Source: Vitrella brassicaformis CCMP3155 (lineage: Eukaryota; Protista; Chromerida). From it: a stretch of 64,000 bases of DNA. This document shows positions 10,861 to 21,509 of this stretch, piece after piece (within the stretch, counting starts at the first letter, position 1; the number at the start of each line of letters is the position of its first letter). The stretch lies in contig CDMY01000450.1 of assembly GCA_001179505.1 (NCBI GenBank), forward strand, positions 10,255 to 74,254, read 5' to 3'. Both the position numbers and the translations under genes were made by a program. The notes below the pieces were generated by a model. The model ran no database searches. It was not told where the DNA came from and worked only from the letters and a program-made list of their open reading frames with translations.

Positions 10861-11365
10861 GTGTATGTCCGTCAGCAGCAAAGTGGTCAGTCAGTCGTAT
10901 GCACCAACCACCCGTGTGTGTCTTGTGTGTACAAATATGTGTTTACTTTGTGTGTGGGACCCTCTCTCTTCGAAGTAAACTCTCTCGAAATAAACCGGGA
11001 TGACACCGAAAACACAGATGGCCCAGGATGACACGAATGCAGGGCGTGTCACCGCTGCACACACGACACCGATCCTTCTATGAATACATCAACACGCAGT
11101 CATCCGTGTGGGTGAGGAAGACGTCACCTACTGACACACACAACCAACAGTCAGGCGCTCCTCGCCCACTGCCTCTCTACATAACTACAGGCTGGCAGAC
11201 AATCACTCACATACACACATAGACGAACACGGCCTCTTTGACATGGTCCCTTCACATGCACACTCTCCCTAGGCACCCCACTGTAACCACCAGAATCGAC
11301 TCTACCTGCCTAAGCTTCCCATCTCTCCCTCCCCTCTCTACATCATCATGGTGGCCGTCAGCCGG

Positions 11366-13129
11366 CTAGTTGATGCCCAGCGGCTGGAAGAGGCCGATGT
11401 CGTTGACCCACCCCAATTGCCCCCAACCGAACTGACAGTCGTCGTTGCCCAGGTGGGTGTTGAAGCCCTTGACCACACCAGTCAGCCCATACCGGGCCGC
11501 CTCGTCCAGCCGAGCCCGATGCACCACCTCGCGCAGACCCACCCGCCGCACAGTCGGCCCCTCTGTGACGGCGAAGCACTGGAGGGGCACCCGCACCACC
11601 TGGCTGCCCACATTGGCCATGCCGCCGATGACCTCCTCATTGCCGGCCGTCTTCGTCGCCGCGCACTTGACGAAGTGCTGCATGGCCCTCTTGATGCGGT
11701 GGGCCACCACGGCCTGCCCGAGGGTGATGGTGTCGACGGCCTCTGGCTCGTGCAGGAAGGCACCGATCTCCCAGGCCACCTGGGCCGTCGCATCCGTGAG
11801 GGCAAATGGGGAGGGGGCAGCGGGGGCATGTGCTGCAGCAGCAGTGGATGTGTCAGTGGAGGTGGTGGGTGGGGCGGGGCGGGCAAGGGGCAGCAGGCGC
11901 GTCAGCATGTTGGCGGCGTCTCGCTGTGGAGAGAGGGCGCCGTTGACGCCGTCCATGACGGCCTGGGGCAGCTCGTCGTTGAGGACGGTGAGGTACTCGG
12001 CCAACACCACACCGTGAGCATCTCGAGCCGCCTGGTTGACGTTGGGCCGCAGCTGCTGGGCAGTCTGCACCATGTCGATGGCTGCGGCCGACGTCAGCAG
12101 TGTGCGGATGGCCCGCTGCATCCCGCTGACCGTCTCGTCACGCGGCACAAAGGGATTCTCCTCCTCACCATCATCATCTTGGCTGCGCAAGTCGGTGACC
12201 CTCATGGCAGCCATCTCCAAGGCCCTCTGGTGGACTCCTCTCCTTGCTGTGGTGTTGATCTGGGTGGGGCTGAGGTGCTGGCAGAGCCACTCGATCACGT
12301 GATACGACGAAGAGAACGCTGCTCGATACAGGGGCTGAAACATCGCCGGCTGCTGTGTGAGGCTGGCGCCGTTGTCTTTCATCAGCTGCAGATAGCTGCG
12401 GATGAACTTGTCCGAGTAGATGGGGCCCACACAGGCGGCCGAATGGATGACATTCCAGTCACCATTTGTTGGCTCGGTGGCGAGGGAGGGGTCGAGCTCG
12501 ACGAGGTAGGTGTAGATGGCCATCAGGGCCGCCTCATACTGCTCGCTGGTGCGCACCTCACATGGCAGGGAGGCCAGCTGCCGCCCCAGAGAAGGTGCTC
12601 CGTTGGCCACGAGGGTCTTGACGGCCGTCAGGTTGTCTGCCCGCACCGCCACCGTGATGGGAGCGATAGCTCGAGAGCGTCGTGGCGGTGGCGTGGGTGG
12701 CCCACTGAGCCCGACGCCCTCCTGGATGAGAGCCGATAGGACGGCCGCCTGCACCTCACGCGATGGCCAGAGCGGCAGCACGAGCCGTGCTCCTGGGCAT
12801 AGCTCGGCTTCGAGCGCCGTGGGAGTGCTCCAGTCGTCGATGGCCACTGACAGCAGACACACTCGCAGCCGAAACTCCTCCTCATCATCACCCCACGTGG
12901 TGATGAAGTCAATGCACACGGCAGGGTCGGCCCCGTCGCGGACGAGCCGCCGGATGTCGTCAGGTGTGATTGTGCGTCGCATGATGCCCTCGATGAACCG
13001 CTTGGTGGCATTGCTGGTGCCGCCGGGGACACGGATCTTCACCTTCTGGATCTTCATCTCCTGCTGCTGCTGCTGCGGCTGCGGGTGTGGCTGCTGTGGT
13101 TGCTGTCCGGCTGATGATGAAGCCGACAT
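11366..13129 (-). CDS. Copy 2 (intact) of expanded intronless ankyrin-like family, about 587 aa from MSASSS
   Basis: Uninterrupted ORF 11366-13216. Probable ATG at 13129 follows a TGTGCAG acceptor, implying a 5'UTR intron. Ankyrin-like helical motifs: RRLVRDGADP, LLSVAID, AVKTLVANGA, QLMKDNGASL, QPLYRAA. Confidence 0.85.
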   Translation of the reverse strand: MSASSSAGQQPQQPHPQPQQQQQEMKIQKVKIRVPGGTSNATKRFIEGIMRRTITPDDIRRLVRDGADPAVCIDFITTWGDDEEEFRLRVCLLSVAIDDWSTPTALEAELCPGARLVLPLWPSREVQAAVLSALIQEGVGLSGPPTPPPRRSRAIAPITVAVRADNLTAVKTLVANGAPSLGRQLASLPCEVRTSEQYEAALMAIYTYLVELDPSLATEPTNGDWNVIHSAACVGPIYSDKFIRSYLQLMKDNGASLTQQPAMFQPLYRAAFSSSYHVIEWLCQHLSPTQINTTARRGVHQRALEMAAMRVTDLRSQDDDGEEENPFVPRDETVSGMQRAIRTLLTSAAAIDMVQTAQQLRPNVNQAARDAHGVVLAEYLTVLNDELPQAVMDGVNGALSPQRDAANMLTRLLPLARPAPPTTSTDTSTAAAAHAPAAPSPFALTDATAQVAWEIGAFLHEPEAVDTITLGQAVVAHRIKRAMQHFVKCAATKTAGNEEVIGGMANVGSQVVRVPLQCFAVTEGPTVRRVGLREVVHRARLDEAARYGLTGVVKGFNTHLGNDDCQFGWGQLGWVNDIGLFQPLGIN

Positions 13130-13954
13130 GATGATCAGATCCTGCACACAGCAGAACCACGCCCAACGCTCAAAGGCGGAAAGTGACTTCCGTGCAGCAA
13201 CGAGGGTGTCAGCCACTTACGTCGGGATCTTCGTCACTGTTGTGCTAATAGAAAGCGAAACTCGGCTGGACGCACACGAACAAGGCCCTTCGTGTCCGCG
13301 TCGTCCACATCATTTCGTGGTCCTTTGCGTTGGTACCTAATTTTAATATTCCGCAAAAGCAGGGTTTGGGTTGTAGGGTATGGTTTCGTTTGCACACTGT
13401 ACGGAATCGCTGCGAGAGGCGCGAGGAGAAAGGCTGCAGGCAGGGCCCTAAGGATGGCTGTGGGGTCCTGAGGCTGGCCGGAGGGAGGAGATGAACACAC
13501 AGGTCCACCTCAGGGGCCATTATTGACCACCACTGAGAGAGCGAGACGCCTCGGAGGATTCGAAGCGGGCGGCGGAGACCAAGATGGAGCTATAAGGAGG
13601 GTGATTGTCTTCTCTTCCCCTCTCCCTCCCTCTCTGTCGTGAGTAGCCTCGTCAACGCGACCACTGTCCTCTCTGTGTCCGTCCTTCGTGCCGATCGCAG
13701 CCTTCCTTGTTGACAAGGAGGCACCCACCCATCTCCGCCCAGACCAAGACAGACAGCAAGAAGCTGCCAGTCCATCATCTTTTTCCCACCCCTTCTTTCT
13801 TACTTGGGTCGTCATCATCTGCTGCCGCTGGCTGATCCGACATCGTCACGTCATGCGTCGTTACTGCTGCTGACGGCAAGGGTGTGGTTGATTGTAATTG
13901 GTCCGACCATCTATCTATCCTATATTATCAGCGAGAAGGGGCCATGCTCCTAGA

Positions 13955-16879
13955 ATGCCTTCCCCCACGGCGAGAGTAGGGAGAAAGCGACCATACGACG
14001 CGATCCGAAGCCTGATATCGCTCCCTACAGCCTCGTGCATCGCCGCCACCCCGCCCAGCACCTCGCCGACCCACCTGCCCGGCACGCCGTCGTTCAACTC
14101 GTCCACCGTGCACATGATGGACGCGTCCTTCTGCTTCCCTGCCGCCGATGTCATGGACTGGTCGGCAGGCGAGGGCGAGGCGGAGGGGGAAGGACGAGAG
14201 GGAGAAGGAGAGGTGGGCAAGGAGGGGCAGGCAGCGTCGCCCATGCATCTCGATAGGAGGACTGCGAGGAGGGTCACATTCCAAGCAGAGGCCGTCAAAG
14301 TATCACCAGGTAACGAAATGAGTGAGTGCAGAGGAGGGGAGGGGGAGGGAGTGTCGCTTCATTCGTATCACTTTTTAATCACCACTTTTCTTCCTCCCTC
14401 TGCGTGTGTCGTGTGTTTTTGTCATGTGTGCTGTCTGTCATGTCAGAGGATGGTTGTGTTGATGACGTGACGTCAGTGTCGATCGAGAAGGCGATGGAGG
14501 GTCTCACCAGCACTCTGCCCGTCTGCCTCACGTCCGGCGGCATCTTCCACATGGGCGAGGTCGACCCCCCACCATCCGTATCCCACTCACACCAAACAGA
14601 CAAGCCCTGTGGCAAGAAGACGCGCCCCCTCATGCCCCCAGCCCCCCCACCCACCCCCGCACCCACACCAACAGTCAGGTCCGACTCGCGGAACAACACC
14701 CCCACGGCATCACACGCCACCCAAGGCCCTCAGCCGTCCTCATCGGTGCCCACCACTGCCCCCCCATCAGTTACTCACACGGCCGAAAGGCCGCCGGCGT
14801 CAGCTCGGGAGAAGGAGAGGCCGCCAGCAAGGGCGCCGGCTGCGTCGCGGTTCTCCCAGGCGCTGAGGGGGTTGGCGCTGCCGCATGGGCGGAGCGGGAC
14901 GACTGTGTCGACGTATGACACGCAGACGGCCACTGAGGACAGCGGCAGGAAGGCGAACACGTCGAGGGAGAGGGCAGAGGGCGACGGGCCGGCCGGCCAG
15001 CAGAGGAAGGGCAACAGTCTGTTCGGCCGCGGACAGAAGGGTGGTGCGGCGCATGCAAATGGCAGTGCGGCGAGGGGTGTCTTGTCACCTGGAGGTGGTG
15101 GCGGCGGTGGCCATGGTGAGGGCACGAGCCGGCTGGCGATGGCGCTGTCGTTCAAGTGGGGCAAGCTCCACTTCGCCCAGACCAACAAGAGCAAGGAGCC
15201 GCACAAGAGCGCCGAGGTCGTCAAGGACACATGCCAGCCCCCCCATCAGCATCAGCATCATCTGGAGAAGGATGCCTCCATCCCTCCCCTGTCCCCACCT
15301 GTTGGCCCCAGCCCAAGTGCGTCACCCGAGCTGCCCACATCCCCCCCCTCCCCGTCCGTGTGCGCAGCAGAAGGCGGCAGCACCAAGAACAGCAAGGCCG
15401 CCAACCACGTGCCGTCGTCGCCGGCCTTCCCCGGCTGCACCAGCAGCTGCTGTGGCTGCTCGCCCCCACAGATCCTCGGGCAGCTGGGGGGGCACCCCGA
15501 TCCAGCGACAGAGAGCCAGACCAACAGCAATCAGACGCAGTGGATGTCCCCAGAGCGGCAGGGTGGCACCATTGCGGCGTATGTCAATCACGGTGGTCCT
15601 GCTGCCGCACCTGATGCCGCCGATGCCGTCCGTAACGAGACGGGCGGCGATCAGGAGAGGGAGGGGCATGGCGAGGGCATGGTGGGGGACACGGACATGA
15701 GGGACGAGGAGGGCAGGGGGGACGGCATGTGCGAGGACCACCACCCCCCCCACACACACCAGCCGCCGTCACTCCAGCTGCCGATCCCATCATCGCAACC
15801 AGTCGAGGGGGAGGAGACCTCCGGTGCCGTGGAGGCCGACGCAGAGGAGGGCGATGTGTGCGACGACCACTTCGAGAAGGAGGCGTGGATGGCCAACCTG
15901 CAGAGCATCCTCGTCACCCGGGAGCAGCTCATGGGCCTGTTGCGGGACGTCCCTCTGGAGGTGCTGCAGGGCCAGCCCCCATCCATGCCCTCAGCCACGC
16001 CCACGTCACAACCCGCCTCCACCCCACACCAAGGCAGCAGCGCCACGGCGGGCCCTTTCCCCCCCTCACCAGACACCATCCCCTCACCCCTCCTCGACCC
16101 ACCCACAGACCAAGACAACGACACCGAGGTTGCGCGGGCAGACCCCTCACACGCATGTTGGCGGGCAGGCGACCGCACGAGCCAGTCGGCGGGCCAGCCG
16201 GCTACCAGCGACGAGGGCGGCAAGGGCGCCGGTGGGTGTGGGGAGGTCGAGACGGCCGTGCGTGGCGCGATCGGCCGTCTGTGTCGCGACTACGTGTGTC
16301 TGCTATTCCATTCGCTGAGCGTCAAGGTGGTGGTGGCCAAACCCGAGACAGAGACCATTCCCCTCCCCGCCCCCACGAGCACCATCAGCAGCAACAGCGA
16401 GGACACTGCCATGCGCAGCCCGTCGTCGACCAACAAGGCGAGCCAGTCCCCGGCAAAAGGGCAGGGGAAGGTCTATGCGCTGGCCGTCAGCCAGGGCTCC
16501 TACTGGGGCCCGCCCTACCAGCTCGACGGTGGGTGGCGGGGGGTCATCAGGGGGCCGGGCTTCGAGGAGCGCTTCACCACCATGTCGCTGCGGCTGCGAA
16601 TTTTGGCGGTGCCCCCGAGCGGCAGTGGCGTCAAGCTCCCGCTGCATGGCGTGTCGACTCAGCCTGTCGAGAGGTGTGACCTGGAGACTGCCTACCGGAC
16701 CTGGCGGCTGCAGGGGAGCCCGCCGCGGGAGCTGGCCCCGCAGCAGCTCAACAGGAGGAGGGCGGCTTTCACGGCACTACAGCGGTTCGCCAAGGACCTG
16801 CAGGAGGTTCAGAGACAGGTGGGTGCGGGAGGGACGAAATTGAGGAGGGCAATACACGCACATCACACGTGATTCATTT

Positions 16880-16917
<38 letters not shown>

Positions 16918-17273
16918 GTGTGTGTGTGTGTCAGCTGCCAACTCTTCGTTTCGGTGACGCTGAGACAGAGGCAGCGTTCGGTGGGCCTGGAAGTTTGGCC
17001 TACACGGAGGTGGGGGGGCTGCTCAAGGCCATGCAGAAGCACCTCTACACCGCATTCACGCACCTGCGGCCACACGCAGCCACGGACCAGCACGCCCACC
17101 CCCACACAAACCCCCACAGCCACCAACAGCAGCAGACCGACGCAGACATGGCCGTGAGCAGCAAAGGTGGCGCCGAGGACATGATGACGGACGTGCAGAC
17201 GCAGGCCGACTCCCACTCGAGCAGCAGCGCGTCACTCGTGCAGGAGGGGGACGGGAGGGAGGGCGGTATGTGA
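13955..17273 (+). CDS. Hypothetical protein, about 1000 aa, mostly low-complexity with a probable folded C-terminal region (3 exons)
   Basis: Exons ~13955-14309, ~14448-16818 (inside the 848-aa ORF) and ~16934-17273 join in frame at GT-AG junctions (SP|E-DGCV; QRQ|LPTLRF). No family recognised; start codon uncertain. Confidence 0.65.
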
Positions 17274-20200
17274 GCATGTCATGGGACGATGGAAGGGTCT
17301 GATGGTCTGATGGTGTGATTGTGTGGTGTGCGTGCTGGAGAGTCCAATTTTACGTACACATCTTCTCTTGTCGGTGTTGGCGTAGAGGGCAGGGAGAGGG
17401 ACGGGAGGGAGGGGAGGGGAAGGATTGTGTGTTGTTTGGCTCCCTCACTCATTCATCCGTCGGCAGTTCTGTTGGATGGCGGGGCGGAGGGTAGGGTACC
17501 TGGTTGGTCGCGTGTTGGATTTGGAAACATACAAGTAGATAGAGGGCATTCACTCTCACTCAGGCTCTCTCTCTCTCTCTCTCTCTCGTCTGTCCGTCTG
17601 TCTGTCTGTCTGTCTGTCCTACCTTGGCTGTCACGGCGCCATGATAAGCGTTTGCGCTGCTACTGCTGTCTGTCGGTTCACACACGTACTTGGATGCTCC
17701 CTCACCTCATCATCATCAACTTCTCTCTGGGCGAATGGGCGAGGCTCCACACACAACTTTTTTGGTGCAGGAGCCTGCTATCACACCGACCAACAGAGAG
17801 AGAGAGAGAGAGGGATGGCTGATAGCTGTTGGCTGCTGGATGGATGGATGGATGGTGCCTGCCTGCCTGCCTGTCTGCTTCGCACAGTCACTGCTGCACA
17901 TACAGACAGACAGACGTCGATGTCACTCTTGGTCGGCACACACAGCGAAGGAAGGCGCTCTATGTCTATGCGTGTGTGAGTGAGTGTGGGTGTGAGTGTG
18001 AGTGTGTGTGCGTGTGCGTATGTGTCTACGGTGTCCTGGGTGCCTTTTTTGTTTACTTGTTTTGGCGGATAGGATACAGACCTGGGCTCTCGTAGATCAC
18101 ACACACACATCTGTAGGCTGGCTGACGCACGCAATCAATACACACCACACCACACTACACCATAGCATCACATTGCACAGACACACACACACACACACAC
18201 ATACACGAATAGGATCTGGACAGACAGGCGCATCACGGCGTGGCGTGTGCAGGCAGGCAGGCAGGGAGCTTTACTTCTGTCTTTCTGCGTTTTTTCGCGA
18301 GTGAGTGAGTAGTAGTGAGTGGCGCAATGCAATCCTCCCCGCCCCTCCCTCCCTGCTATCTATATTTTTGTCGGTTTCCGAAGACTGGCTGGCTGGGTGG
18401 CTGATGATTGGGTCGATCAATACGCCTTTTTTCCCTCCCTCCCTCCCTCTCTACTCTACGTGTAGCAATCCATCCGCCCGTGCACTGAGTGAGTATCATC
18501 CATCCATCATGTCGTTCGGTCGCGTAGAGGGTCACAGATTAGCTACACACACACATACACATACACACACATGCCCACTGCAGACACCCATCCACCCATC
18601 CACTTGTCTTGTTGTTGTGTTTTCTCCCGCCGTCTGTCTGTCTGTCTGTCTGTCGGTTTGTGTCTGTGTGTCTCTCTTGCTGCCTGCCTGCCTGCCGTCA
18701 TTCCATCCACGAGGGTCCACCTCATCTCGCTCGTCAAGATGTCACTCACGCTGTCTGTCTGTGTTGTGTGTCTTTTTTCGCTCTCTCCGATACGATACGT
18801 GCGTGGACCAGGGTATGCCATGCCGGTGTGTGGTGTGTGGATGGATGGATGGATGGAATCAATAGTGAGCGAGCGAGGCAGCTGCTAGTCAGTCGATTGA
18901 TCACACAATTTTCACTCCCTCACCTTAGTTGGCTGGCTGCTGTATTGGGGAACGGTGCGATGAGGGACAGGGAATTTTCGCTTTACGACCATGACCATGC
19001 TGACCATGCTGTGTGTATGCGTCTCCCTGCTTCCCTCCCTCTGCCAGTCAGTCAGCCGAGCCCGTGCAGCTTCATCATGATCCATTCATTCCCACGACAG
19101 CCAGCAGAGCAGACCGTCTTGTGGACATTTTTCTATCCATGCGTCCAGGCAGGCAGGCAGGCAGTCGGGTCACTCACGTTCATTTCACTCATTCATTCAT
19201 TCATCTGGACACACACACACACACACACATACTCATACTCATACTCACACAAACTGTCTGCATGAGTGTCTTGACTGACTTGAGGTGGTGGAGGGGGCGG
19301 ACGGATGCAGCACGCGACAGACAGACAGACCAGCGGAGGAAGGAAGAGACAGAACGGAACGGAACAAACGAATGAGTGAGTGGGTGGGCGGGGGTGTGGC
19401 CGGGGGTTTGTGTGGGTTAGTGACCCTACTCTTGTGTGTGGGTGTGTGCGTCGGTCGGTCGTCTTGATGGAACGGAATGACTGCCTTTTTCTCAATTGTG
19501 TATTGTATGTATTGTCGTGTGGTGTAGATGTGTGTGTGTGTGTGTGTGTGAGGTGTGAGTCTCCACTGCTCTAGCTGCTCTGCTCTGGATGGATGGATGG
19601 CTGACGGGAGGGAGTGAGGGAGGGAGGGTCACTTTCTCTACCTAATGCTATCTGTCTGTCTACACACATAAGTACATGAGAGCATGGAGTCGTTTGTTTG
19701 GTGGTTTGGTTTGCTTACTGGCATGGCATGGATTGGATGGCGCGGAACGATCTTGTTGCGGTGATGGTGTGGTGTGGTGTGTCTCTGTGTGTGTCTCTGT
19801 GTGTGTGTCTGTGTGTGTCTCTGTGTGTGTTGGCTCCGCACGCTGTCTGTCTTTCTTCAGTCATCATTTGTCTGCTGCATACCTACCTACACACATACTC
19901 ACGCGAGACACATCGCGACTACCTACCTATAGCTGACATAGAGAAATATGAGGGCCGGCTGGCTGTTGTGATGTGTTGTGTTGTGTTGTGTGCTGTAAGT
20001 GCGTGAGTGCGTCTGACATGGCATGGCATGGCATGGTATGAGGAGCAAAGAATCTCCGCAAAGAAGGAAAGGCAAAAGACAGATCGACAGATCGACAGAA
20101 AGACATTCATCACTTACATACTTCCTTACACACATGCTTACATACATCTAGATCTAGTGGCTTAGTGTGTGCCTTGCCTGCCTGCCTGCCTGCCTGTGTG

Positions 20201-21509
20201 TGTCTCACTCACTCAGTGTCTTTGTCAATCAATCGGTCCCCATTCCACCACACAGACAGACATACACGAGAACAGACAGACCTTAACGAGCGCTATGCGT
20301 GCGTGCAAAGATGCGAGGCCTCCCAGCGCGGCAGACGAATAGACTGCTGTGTCCTGCCCCTACTCACTCGCCCTCCCGCCCCGCCCCGCCTCTCTGGCTG
20401 CACTGCATGCCCTGCGTGCCGTGCAAGCTGTTCCGTCCACCACTGTGTGCTCTGCTCCTCTCCTCTGTCTGTCTGACTGCTTACTGCTGTCTTATTCTTC
20501 TTTCGTTCGTTTGATGCTTTCATGGCTGGATGTGTGGGTGTGTGGATGTGCGTGAGTGACTCCTCAGCACGAACAGCGCTGATGGCAGACAGACAGACAG
20601 ACAGACGAAGAAATGAACGAATGGACGAATGGACGAACGGCTGGCTGTATTTATATTCCTTCCCACTAACTAAAGTGCATGCGATGCGCGTCTTTCTTGT
20701 TTGTTTGTGCTGTTTCTTTCATTATTTCCCTAGCTAGCTGCATGCCCCGATTGACTGACGTGATGCGTGCCGTGTGAGCGCCATGCATCCTTCCAGCCTC
20801 ACAGTTCTGGCTGGAGGGGAGGGGCGGGTGGATCGATAGATACCAACCAACGAATGAATGAATGAACGAATGGATGGATGGCCTTTGGGTGGATTGATTG
20901 AATGATGTCATGTCCTCTATCGCACGGTGTACATACATACTTATTTGATATCTTGGAGGGGCCGGGGGGTGGCGGGTGGGGGAATAATGAATGGGCGGGT
21001 GAGTGGCCAGGCAGGCAGGCAGGCAGGCACACACGTGCGCACCGCACCCAATTGACAGAGAAAGAAAGAGTAGAGCGCAGCGCGTGTCTCATTTACAGAC
21101 AGCGATTGGTCTGTGGTCGTCTTGATGCCTGGCTGGGTGCGGTGCATGGCTGCAGTGACGTGACGCGACGTGCGAGACACCCACCGATCGATCGATATGT
21201 GCGTGCAGTGCAGTGCAGTGCATTGAATGCATTGATGGAGCGAGCGATAGATTGACAAATCCTTTTTTGTCGTAAGTCGCTTCGACGTGCCTGCATGTCA
21301 GTCATGTGTGTGAGTGAGACGACAGGACAGCTGCCTGGCTGGCTGCCTGGCCTGGCTGGCTGGGTCCCTCCCTTCATCCAAGGGAATAACTGACGGCAGT
21401 GATGCTTTCTATGCATGTATGGTATGTCGATAGATAAATACCTCAGTCAGTCCCTCACGTACAAAAGTCAGTACATCCACCAGACGACACAAACTCAGCT
21501 GTCGGTCTT
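17274..21509. repeat. About 4.2-kb simple-sequence-repeat-rich non-coding tract between two convergent genes
   Basis: Mosaic of (TG)n, (TC)n, (GACA)n, (GGAT)n, (GCCT)n, (ACTCAT)n and a degenerate GTGTCTCTGTGT array near 19778-19830. ORFs here are CV/TH-repeat artefacts. Confidence 0.8.

Noticed and set aside
11348-12739. Long plus-strand ORFs antisense to the ankyrin-like copies (463 aa here; also 6616-7506 and 47673-48512)
   Set aside because: These are shadow ORFs expected from GC-rich codon bias on the coding strand. They have no motifs and are not kept open consistently between copies.
17600-21400. Numerous 60-200 aa ORFs rich in CV, TH, DR or LPAC repeats
   Set aside because: They are translations of (TG)n, (CA)n, (GACA)n and (GCCT)n microsatellites.
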